In this document: positions 56,277-64,000 of the stretch, piece by piece | How positions within the stretch are numbered: the stretch's first letter is position 1 | Layout of the letters: the number at the start of each line of letters is the position of its first letter | Source of the DNA: Candidatus Latescibacterota bacterium | Lineage (GTDB): Bacteria; Latescibacterota; UBA2968; GCA-2709665 | Length of the DNA: 64,000 bases | Direction of reading: 5' to 3' | NCBI GenBank assembly: GCA_965219455.1 | Contig: OZ244744.1 | Location: 1,952,001 to 2,016,000, forward strand | Position numbers and translations under genes: made by a program | Notes under the pieces: generated by a model | The model's database searches: none | The model's input: only the letters and a program-made list of their open reading frames with translations | What the model was told of the DNA's origin: nothing

Positions 56277-58709
56277 CTATCGGATGACCATGAATTTCCC
56301 TATCCGCTTCTTCCCCTGACTTTCGGACACGAGAGATTCCACGACGAAGAAGTAGACGCCCGCAGAAATCGACCCCGTGCCCAGCGACATCGCCAACTGG
56401 TCCCACTGCGCTTCGCCCAGCCACAAATCGGAATCGTTCGGCGCATCCGTGCGGTCGTCGTGGAGGATCTTTCCGACCATGTCGCCCGCACTGTTAAAGA
56501 CATAGATCCAGCACTTGCTCGGCACATTGACGAACCGGATCTGTGGTTTGCCCGGGTACTGGAGATTCGCGTCGCCAACCCGGAACGGATTGGGTACCAC
56601 GAAAACCTCCCGGCCCAACTGCTCGGTTTCGCCCACCGCGGGCTGCTTCGGGCTGTAAAACGGCGGCTTGCGCTGCGACCGCGCCCACTGGCCGCCGTCC
56701 AGGCCGGCCTTCACCTGCGCCTGCACCAGAGCGGGCAGGGTGGCCATGGTGCCCACGCGTCCCACCCAGTCTTCGTGGCCCCTGGCGAACGGCCTCACCG
56801 AATACCAGTAGTTGAAGCCGGCTACCGACTCTACGTCCGTAAACGTATTCGTCCCGGCCGGGACCTCGCCGATCCTATCCCAAGGACCGTCCGGGTTCCA
56901 TTCGGAGCGGTAGATGCGGTAACCCGCCACGTCCTGCGCCTCCGTGCCCATATAGTCCGGGTTCATCGCGCCGTCCGCGGAGTTCCAGGTGAGCAGGTTC
57001 TGCGCCTCCGGGCTGTTGGAAACCGCCACGTACACGTCCGGCGGCGAATCCGGCACGTCGTATTCATTATCATAAGCCCACTTCGCCCGCTTGAAGAACT
57101 CCACCATCCATTCCTCGCCCTTCTTCAGGCCGTCGAAGTCGTAAAGATGGGACCGCGTCCAGGTGTAGAGGTCGCTCTCTCCGGCGCCCGAACCGCCCAC
57201 CCAGGCCACCACGAGCTTGGCCTTATCGCCGGGCCCCAGCGAGTACGGTCCGAAGGTCTGGGCGCTGTAATGCACGCCGATCTCGCCGGGATTCGCCTGA
57301 TAGCCGGCATCCGCGATCATATTGAACATGGTCTCCCGGTCGTGTGCGCCGGGCCTGGGGTCGGCGGACACCGTGGTGCTTTCGATCCGCCAGAAGCGCA
57401 CGGCGTGGGGCTGGTCGCCCTGGGGCTGGACATACTTGTCGGCATCCCTGGTATTGAATCCCCAGTCGCCGCCGTCCTCATACGCCAGCGGCCCAAAACC
57501 CATATACTGATAAGAGGTGAATTCGCCGTCCTTGCGGCCCGTATCGCAAGAAGGCGAAATAATCAGCTTGTTTACGGGATCGCCGGTATCGTCCCAGGGA
57601 AACTCCGGACTGTCGCCGTCCCAGTCCACGATCATCTTCAACCCCTTGGCCGGGCCCGAGTAGCCGGCATTCTCCGTATACACGACCCAGTCGTCGAGAC
57701 CGCCTACATTGTACCAATGCCAGCTATCCGACCGGTTGTAGTGGGACAGCCCCGCGTCCGAGATCATCCAGGCGCCGATGATGGGAACGAATACGTTTTC
57801 CAGCGTTTCCGCGGGCAGGTCCCTCTCGCCGTCGCCGTCGCTGTCACCCGTGTTCTCGATCTCGATCTCCGTAATGATGAAGTCGTCCCACGCCGGGTAG
57901 CTCCAGGCCATCGTGCGCCGTGTAAAGGTAACCCCCGCCAGCGTGGTCCACTTGGTCACGACGATCTCTTCGGGCCATTCGTCGGAACGGGACGACGGCG
58001 CGGCCGGTGGCCCGGCAGTCGCGTATTCCCCCCACGACCAGTTGCTGATCCTCACGGGGTCCCTGTTCAGCGGCGCCTCCTCCAGAATCTGCGCCAGGTT
58101 CTCGCTCCAGGTGGACGCGTAATACCACGGCGCGCCTTTACGCCACTCCACGCCCGGATTCTCGGCGGAGGAGGGCTGCGCCCTGATCTCCCCGCCCAGG
58201 TACTGCAGGTCCTCGTCCATGGAAGGGTCCGCCAACATGGGCACGATCTCGTCCAGCATGTCCGACCGCGGGCCCGTCAATACCACGTAGAACCCGTCCT
58301 TGGCGAAATTGTCGTAGGCTCTGGAGCCCTGGAAACTGGACGGCAGCCGCAGCGCGAGGCCAATGCCCTCCCCGTGGGACGTGCTCTCGATTCGCCCTTC
58401 GCTGTTGCAGTCGACGCGGAAGAAGGGCAACTGGCTCGCCCAGCCCTCCCCCGTAAGGATGTCCCCGCCCACCGTGGCCGGATAAACCATGCTGGAAGAC
58501 CGCGAGAGCGCGGCGCCAATGGAACCGCCCTGCGTACCCAGATTGGTCACCGACGTGTAAAGCATCCCGCGCTCCAGGGGTGCCCTGCCGGCGGACCCCG
58601 GGTGATTCGCCTGGCCCCAGACCTGCCCGGACCAGAATGTCGCCAGGGCTACAGCGAACGCCCATCCGCCGCACCCTTTCAGTACGGCGTTCAAACGGTT
58701 CGAACGCAT
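56277..58709 (-). CDS. Exported protein with FN3-like domain and T9SS type-A/FlgD-Ig-like C-terminal domain
   Basis: Signal peptide from ATG 58709 (AAGGAGG RBS); FN3 'LTW...GYRIYRS...FTD...YWYSV'; CTD 'VFVVPNPF...IRFVNVP...VFNSAGDMV...WD...SAGVYFFVVE...GKFMVIR'. Confidence 0.85.
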   Translation of the reverse strand: MRSNRLNAVLKGCGGWAFAVALATFWSGQVWGQANHPGSAGRAPLERGMLYTSVTNLGTQGGSIGAALSRSSSMVYPATVGGDILTGEGWASQLPFFRVDCNSEGRIESTSHGEGIGLALRLPSSFQGSRAYDNFAKDGFYVVLTGPRSDMLDEIVPMLADPSMDEDLQYLGGEIRAQPSSAENPGVEWRKGAPWYYASTWSENLAQILEEAPLNRDPVRISNWSWGEYATAGPPAAPSSRSDEWPEEIVVTKWTTLAGVTFTRRTMAWSYPAWDDFIITEIEIENTGDSDGDGERDLPAETLENVFVPIIGAWMISDAGLSHYNRSDSWHWYNVGGLDDWVVYTENAGYSGPAKGLKMIVDWDGDSPEFPWDDTGDPVNKLIISPSCDTGRKDGEFTSYQYMGFGPLAYEDGGDWGFNTRDADKYVQPQGDQPHAVRFWRIESTTVSADPRPGAHDRETMFNMIADAGYQANPGEIGVHYSAQTFGPYSLGPGDKAKLVVAWVGGSGAGESDLYTWTRSHLYDFDGLKKGEEWMVEFFKRAKWAYDNEYDVPDSPPDVYVAVSNSPEAQNLLTWNSADGAMNPDYMGTEAQDVAGYRIYRSEWNPDGPWDRIGEVPAGTNTFTDVESVAGFNYWYSVRPFARGHEDWVGRVGTMATLPALVQAQVKAGLDGGQWARSQRKPPFYSPKQPAVGETEQLGREVFVVPNPFRVGDANLQYPGKPQIRFVNVPSKCWIYVFNSAGDMVGKILHDDRTDAPNDSDLWLGEAQWDQLAMSLGTGSISAGVYFFVVESLVSESQGKKRIGKFMVIR

Positions 58710-58758
58710 CGTATCCTCCTTAGCGTTATATAGTTCCTCAGGAAATAACCGCATGGTA

Positions 58759-58790
58759 GCGGGAACCCGCATAACCCACCGGGCTCCCGC
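58759..58790 (-). other. Intercistronic stem-loop after the TBDR gene
   Basis: GCGGGAGCCCG-N10-CGGGTTCCCGC on the minus strand: 11-bp stem with one G-U pair and no U-tract. Confidence 0.5.
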
Positions 58791-58815
58791 CGTTCGTGAC
58801 GTTTACCGGAATGGA

Positions 58816-61800
58816 TCAGAACTGCATTCTCAGACCCATTTCCATGCGTCGGGGATGGTTATAGAAGCTCCGGTCGCGGGTATCCCCGTACAGGAGGAAG
58901 TGAGAGTTGTCCGGGCGTGCCGTTTGCAGGCCCCAGTTGGTCCAGTCGGTGGTATTGAAGGAACTGTCGTCCTGCTGGTTGAACAGGTTTCGCACCTCCA
59001 GGAACAGGCTCATATCGCCGCGCCCCTGGCCGAACGGAAAGCGCTTCTCAACGGCCAGGTCGGTCCAGGTGCGGATGGGCCTCAGGCGCCGCTCCCGGCC
59101 GGAATTCGGCGGCGTGTACCAGAACGATCCGGTATTCTGCATGCGCCAGAGCAGGTTGACCCGCCAGTTGGCAAGGAACTTGCTTCCGAACACCTGGAAA
59201 TCGGGTCCGTAGTCCCCCGGCGTCAGGTAGAGAAACTGCACGCTGCCCTGGTTGCGGATGTTGCCGCCGTCGGCGTTCAGGCCGGTCTGATACCCCCTGG
59301 CCCAGACGTGGATGTGGTCCAGTTCGAAGTCGTCCAGACCGATGAGCCCGTATTCGCGGGCCGTCATCCGGGTCTGCTCGTATCCCCGGCCTCCTGGCCT
59401 GCCGTCTCGCCGGGCGTTGCTCCGGATAACTCTGTTTGCGGTGGCGCCGATCGTCCGGATCTGATCCTGCGTAAGGGCCACCGGCACCTCGACGCCGTTC
59501 TCCACCCTGTATTCGTACCAGTAGCGACCGCTGGCAATGTAAAGCGAGTCCGGGAAAAGGAAGTTGAACCAGGCGTCGAAGTTGCCCCATCCGGCCTGCG
59601 CCCACGTCATGTTGTACGCCACGTTGATGGCGAAGTTGTGGCTGAGCGGCTTCCGCAGGGAGAATTCCAGACCCCGCTGCTCTTCGAACCCGTTGTTGTG
59701 CAGCACCCGGGCGTAGGGATGCACGTAGCCCGGCTTGTGCGGCGCGTAGAAACGGACGTCGGAATGGTAATGGTACTGGTCCTTCGCGCTCTTGTAATAC
59801 AGCGCGATCGCGCCGGTGTAGTCCTGCACGAAGTTCCAGTCGGCCCCCACCTCCATCGACACGGTCTTTTCGGGTCGGATTTCGGTGGTGCCCTGTCCGC
59901 TACGTATGGGGTAAGACGGCCGCATCGCGTTGTAACGCTCGCCCGAATCGACAACGCCGTTCCCGTTCCAGTCCTGGTCGGGACCCGAGGTCCGCCAGTC
60001 CCCGTTGAACAGGTAATAGATGTCGGGATAGGCCAGGAACAGACCCGCGAAATAGTGCATGGACGACCGCGCCGTGATGGGATGCGACACCCCCACCCGC
60101 GGGCTCAGGTTCTTGAACACGACCGGTTCGCGGTGGGGCGCATTCTGGAATCTCAGCGGCGAGTTGTACATGGGCGAGAACGCGTAAGCGCCCGAAGCCG
60201 GGAACTTGGATACCGGGTCGAACAGGTCCAGGCGCAGGCCGGCATTGATGACCATGCCTTCGAACTCCATCTTATCCTGCGCGTAAATGGCAAGGTGCTG
60301 GGGCTTGACAGGATCTCCGATCACGCCCTGCGCGCCCGCGAACTCCAGCCGCCTGGCCTGTGCGCTCTCTCCGGTGTAGCGGGTAAGAAACATGTTGTAC
60401 TTGATGAATTCGAAACCGGCCTTCACGAAATGCCCCTTCGTGATCTGGCTGGCCAGATCCAGCTTGACCTGGTACCGATTCCGTTCCGCAACCTGGTAAT
60501 GGCGGACCTCCCGGTCCACGGCGAACCAGCCGTCCGCATCCGTACGCACGTCCGACGTTCTCGCTGCGATTTCGCTGGTGTCGTCGACGGTTGAATAGCG
60601 CGATATCCGGAGGTCGTAGAATGTCCGGGGCGAGAGAGAATGGGTGATGGCCAGGTATTGCATATTGTTGGTCGTGCTCATCTTACCCGCAGCGCTCCAA
60701 TCCTCCGGCAGGAAGATGTTCTTCCCGCTGTCATACAGACCACGGATGACGCCGCTGGCGGTACCCGCGGACCGTTCGTTCCGCCAGGAATCCCGGTCCG
60801 TTCCGATAAACTTCTTGTTGTACTCGAACAGACCGCCGATCTTCATCTTGATGTTTTCGGATGCGCGGACGGTGACGCTGTATGATCCCTGGTAATTATT
60901 CAAAGAGGGAATAAACCGCCCTATGTCGTCATAGTAGCCCCTCTCCGTGCCCGAGGGATAGACGGGCGCCTTCCGGGCCGTCTTGCCCGAAACGATGAAC
61001 GAAGCGCTCTTGGAAAGCGGCCCCGAGATATTTCCCTCCACCTCGTGGCCGGTGATTTCATCGTAGTCCGCGCGCTGGTGGGTGAGCCGACCCGTTTCCG
61101 GGTCCCGCTCGTTCTGCCACTCGCCCTCGCCCCATTTCATCTTGTCGAGATGCATCGGGCTTTCGTAGACGTTTGCGCCCCAGTGCTTCTGCCCCGGCGG
61201 CGTCCGTCGGTACTCCGCCCATCCGTGGAAGTTCTGGCCGCCGTCTTTCGTAATTATACTGACGACCCCGGCCTGAGCGTTGCCGTACTCGGCGTTCATC
61301 CCGCCCGTAACCACGGAAATCTCCTGGACGGTCGACCGGTTGATGGCCTTCCAGTTGTGGGACCCGGCGCCGTCGCTGTTGACGATTTTCACGCCGTCCA
61401 CGTAATAGGCCACGTCTCCGCCCGTGCGGCTTCGCCATTCACCGGGGCGGTTGCTTCCCCGCATGCGGTCGGAACCGTCCAGGTGTACGCCCGGCTGCAG
61501 CGTGATCATTTCGGCGGTGGTGCGCACGATGGGAAGTTGCTCGATCTCATCGGCGCCCACGATGTACTTGCTGAAGGTCTTGTCGACCTCCACCGGAGGG
61601 CGCTCCGCCTTGACAACCATTTCACCGAGTTCCAGCGTGGCCTCCTGGAGCCTGAAATCGACCTCCGTGGTCACGTCGGCCTGAACCCGAACGTCCGTCT
61701 GGGACTCGGTCTGATATCCGATCAGGGACGCCTTAATGGTATAAAGCCCCGGATCGGCGCGCAGGATCACGTAGAACCCCTCCGCATCGGCCGTGGACCC

Positions 61801-61965
61801 GATGTTCAGGCCCTCGATGACCACGTTGGCGCCGGGCAGCGATTCGCCCTGTTGGTCCAGGACCTTTCCAACAATCTTTCCGGTCGTGCCGGCCCAGGCG
61901 CTACCACTTAACGCCAGTGCCGTGCAGAGGGAAAGAACTCCGAAAAACAAAACCCACTTTTTCAT
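58816..61965 (-). CDS. TonB-dependent receptor with carboxypeptidase-regulatory-like N-domain
   Basis: Signal peptide; 'TTGKIVGKVLD..GESLPGANV', plug 'YYVDGV...EISVVTGGMNAEYGNAQAGVV', 'YAQDKMEF...NAGLRLD', 'SPRVGVSHPIT', C-terminal 'GLRMQF'. Confidence 0.95.
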   Translation of the reverse strand: MKKWVLFFGVLSLCTALALSGSAWAGTTGKIVGKVLDQQGESLPGANVVIEGLNIGSTADAEGFYVILRADPGLYTIKASLIGYQTESQTDVRVQADVTTEVDFRLQEATLELGEMVVKAERPPVEVDKTFSKYIVGADEIEQLPIVRTTAEMITLQPGVHLDGSDRMRGSNRPGEWRSRTGGDVAYYVDGVKIVNSDGAGSHNWKAINRSTVQEISVVTGGMNAEYGNAQAGVVSIITKDGGQNFHGWAEYRRTPPGQKHWGANVYESPMHLDKMKWGEGEWQNERDPETGRLTHQRADYDEITGHEVEGNISGPLSKSASFIVSGKTARKAPVYPSGTERGYYDDIGRFIPSLNNYQGSYSVTVRASENIKMKIGGLFEYNKKFIGTDRDSWRNERSAGTASGVIRGLYDSGKNIFLPEDWSAAGKMSTTNNMQYLAITHSLSPRTFYDLRISRYSTVDDTSEIAARTSDVRTDADGWFAVDREVRHYQVAERNRYQVKLDLASQITKGHFVKAGFEFIKYNMFLTRYTGESAQARRLEFAGAQGVIGDPVKPQHLAIYAQDKMEFEGMVINAGLRLDLFDPVSKFPASGAYAFSPMYNSPLRFQNAPHREPVVFKNLSPRVGVSHPITARSSMHYFAGLFLAYPDIYYLFNGDWRTSGPDQDWNGNGVVDSGERYNAMRPSYPIRSGQGTTEIRPEKTVSMEVGADWNFVQDYTGAIALYYKSAKDQYHYHSDVRFYAPHKPGYVHPYARVLHNNGFEEQRGLEFSLRKPLSHNFAINVAYNMTWAQAGWGNFDAWFNFLFPDSLYIASGRYWYEYRVENGVEVPVALTQDQIRTIGATANRVIRSNARRDGRPGGRGYEQTRMTAREYGLIGLDDFELDHIHVWARGYQTGLNADGGNIRNQGSVQFLYLTPGDYGPDFQVFGSKFLANWRVNLLWRMQNTGSFWYTPPNSGRERRLRPIRTWTDLAVEKRFPFGQGRGDMSLFLEVRNLFNQQDDSSFNTTDWTNWGLQTARPDNSHFLLYGDTRDRSFYNHPRRMEMGLRMQF

Positions 61966-62063
61966 TGCCGAATCTCCGTTTTAATTGTGGTCTCCCAGCT
62001 TAACTGCGGCCGTACACGCCCGTAGGGATTACGCCTCCTCCTTTCCCGGGCACGCGGGGCTCG

Positions 62064-62807
62064 CTACTTTCCCGATTCGTAGAATTTGACCGCGACCTCC
62101 AGATCCAGCATCTGCAGCAGTGGCATAACTCCCTTTATGCCCCAGGCCTCCCGAGGACCGAGGGTCCCGACCAGGAAATTGTGCTGAGCCCGGAAATCCA
62201 GTGAAAAATTGTTCGTCATGAACCGTTCGACGCCGAACCCGAAATGGCCTCCAAGCGCCCACCGGCTCTCGACCACCGGTGTGAGGACCACGCCCGGGTC
62301 CAATACGTTCTCATCGGCGCCCTCGACCGCGATGCCCTTCTGCCCGGGATAAATCAGGCCGCTCACGCGATTGTTGTAGCTGTGAAATCCTCCACCGGCA
62401 ACGACGTAGGGGGACGTCATCTGGTTCGAGAAAAGGTTCGATTTGTCACCGACTCGAAAAATCACGTTGCACAGCACGCTGTTGATCCGCATACTGGCTT
62501 CGGAATTCGGGCTTGAATAATCTCTCGAGTCTTCGTTCCAGGTGAAAGTCTGACTCTCGATCTTGCCGCCGGTGTATTTCAGCCGATGATATTCAAACTC
62601 GAGCGCGGTGTTGACATCCCGGTTGTAGACCACGCTGCCACCCCACCGCACGGCCTGGTTGTACCAGTTGGTGCGCAGGCCCATAACGGGCAGGTTGTAA
62701 CCCAGCATCAACCGCCCGCCGATCCGGTTATACTCCTGTGCGCCGGAATCCGTTGCGAGAAACAACGCCAGAAATCCGACAACAGCCGTAACCCTCCATG
62801 TGCCCAT
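62064..62807 (-). CDS. Outer-membrane beta-barrel (OmpA/porin-like) protein
   Basis: Signal peptide from ATG 62807 (AAGGAGG RBS); amphipathic strands, 'SPYVVAGGG', 'GGHFGFGVERF', 'VKFY'. Confidence 0.78.
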   Translation of the reverse strand: MGTWRVTAVVGFLALFLATDSGAQEYNRIGGRLMLGYNLPVMGLRTNWYNQAVRWGGSVVYNRDVNTALEFEYHRLKYTGGKIESQTFTWNEDSRDYSSPNSEASMRINSVLCNVIFRVGDKSNLFSNQMTSPYVVAGGGFHSYNNRVSGLIYPGQKGIAVEGADENVLDPGVVLTPVVESRWALGGHFGFGVERFMTNNFSLDFRAQHNFLVGTLGPREAWGIKGVMPLLQMLDLEVAVKFYESGK

Positions 62808-63160
62808 AGACTGCCCTCCTTGGTGATGGATCAGGTCTCGCGAGCGCCGCCGACAATGTCCCGCGGGACAAGTTCCGTTTGCAGTGCTGTGGCTTAGCGG
62901 CCCGTTGAAAAAGTCCATCCGGGCCGCGGAGCAACTTTATCGACGGATTGTTAACCTGTCACCGACTCCCCCGACAACACACCCGGCGTTGCCTCCATCG
63001 CCCGTTCGGCGGCTTCCGGAACGGTGGTCTGCATTTGCGGGGAGAGGGCCGCTAATTGCGGGTACGGCAGGACGGTGCCCCTCCCACAGAGAAAGCCCTC
63101 AAGATGCCGTTTTGATACCCGCCAGCGATGCGGGTACGCCTGAAATTTAAGATATAAGGA

Positions 63161-63190
63161 ATAATAACACCTACCAACAGATTTTGTCAA
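63161..63190 (-). promoter_or_regulatory. Putative sigma70 promoter of the TBDR operon
   Basis: Minus strand TTGACA-18 bp-TATTAT with TGn extended -10, in an AT-rich patch. Confidence 0.6.
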
Positions 63191-63461
63191 GAGAAAAAAA
63201 GGGGTGGTTTTGAGATTTTCAGGAAGGCTGGCCCGAACTTGGGCGCGGCGGGGTGGCGCACAGGCTTTTTTTGAATGAAATCGGGCGGAAATTCAACTGC
63301 TCAGGGTGCTGCCATACGGCGCAATCGGGGCGACCATGGAATCCGTAAATTATATTCATTCCAGACTCCTGGGGGACCCCGGCGGCGAGGGGGTTCGATC
63401 TGCCGCGGGGCGGTCTGACCGATCGAAATAACACCAGCATACACTCCACGGTCGATGGGAC

Positions 63462-63490
63462 TTGCAATCCCTCCCGGTATGATTTAGACT
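63462..63490 (+). promoter_or_regulatory. Putative sigma70 promoter for the divergent gene
   Basis: TTGCAA-17 bp-TAGACT. Confidence 0.45.
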
Positions 63491-63600
63491 TGGGTTGATA
63501 GACATTCGAAACGCGGCGCCCATCCGGATTGCGCCGGTTCTCAGGCGACCCGGATTGGTGTGGCGCGGTCTCGTGTTCTGTCCCTGAAAGGATGCCGCCG

Positions 63601-64000
63601 ATGGTGGATCCCGCGGCCCCGCGGCTGATTCTGTCTGCCGATGAACTGGACGAACTGCGCAGACGCTGCTCCTCGTCTCACGCACGGTTCTACCGGGCGC
63701 TGGTCCGAGATCTGAACGGCCGTCTGGCTCACGATCCGCCCGGTACGCTCTGGGACCTGGAAGAACCGGCGTACAGCGATATCCTCGAGATCTGTTTTTC
63801 GCTGGTGGTGAACTGCGGCATCGCCTACCATCTTACCGGCGACAGGCGGTGGAGCGGCCTGGCCGAACGCTGGCTGACTCGGTGGGTCGAGGTCGACGCC
63901 GCGGATGGCGAAAAGGTCAAATCCTCCTATCTGGTGGCCTTTCACGTCATGGCCCTGGCCTATGGCGTGGACCTGTTCGGACGTGTTCTCCCGGATGCGC
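63601..64000 (+). CDS. Partial DUF4962/heparinase-like helical protein (runs off window)
   Basis: Not in the ORF track; hand translation MVDPAAPRLILSADELDELRRR...GIAYHLTGDRRW...ALAYGVDLF; GAAAGGA RBS. Confidence 0.7.
   Translation, partial: MVDPAAPRLILSADELDELRRRCSSSHARFYRALVRDLNGRLAHDPPGTLWDLEEPAYSDILEICFSLVVNCGIAYHLTGDRRWSGLAERWLTRWVEVDAADGEKVKSSYLVAFHVMALAYGVDLFGRVLPDA

Noticed and set aside
56013-60594. Long plus-strand ORFs (906 aa, 613 aa) and similar ones (e.g. 34413-36137, 15902-17584, 11361-12929, 170-1210)
   Set aside because: Antisense shadows of well-supported minus-strand genes in GC-rich DNA; Arg/Pro-rich with no motifs.

Overview
GC-rich bacterial window, almost entirely on the minus strand, dominated by a large glycan-catabolism cluster. 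It holds eight heparinase II/III-/DUF4962-like proteins (one truncated; four are paralogous ~1230-aa lyase-fold + beta-propeller proteins), three Gfo/Idh/MocA oxidoreductases and a partial Asp-box (sialidase-fold) protein. Two unusual envelope modules stand out. (i) An ATPase-less triad of two DUF6785/DUF6784-like membrane proteins flanking a giant pseudo-M28-peptidase/FtsX fusion. (ii) A TonB-dependent receptor operon with no SusD, carrying instead a T9SS-CTD-type protein, a PorV-like barrel, an OMP barrel, two FGE-fold lipoproteins, and TPR, CRTAC1 and GWxTD proteins. Accessory elements: a GntR-S41 peptidase islet with a perfect sigma70 promoter and palindromic operator, a tandemly duplicated dockerin-tagged S55 peptidase around an IS3 remnant, an orphan amino-DNA methyltransferase, a CNNM protein, a probable MITE and a REP-like palindrome. 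The gene repertoire suggests an FCB-superphylum organism such as Ca. Latescibacterota (inference). All family calls come from motif recognition by eye; no searches were run. No rRNA, tRNA or CRISPR was seen.
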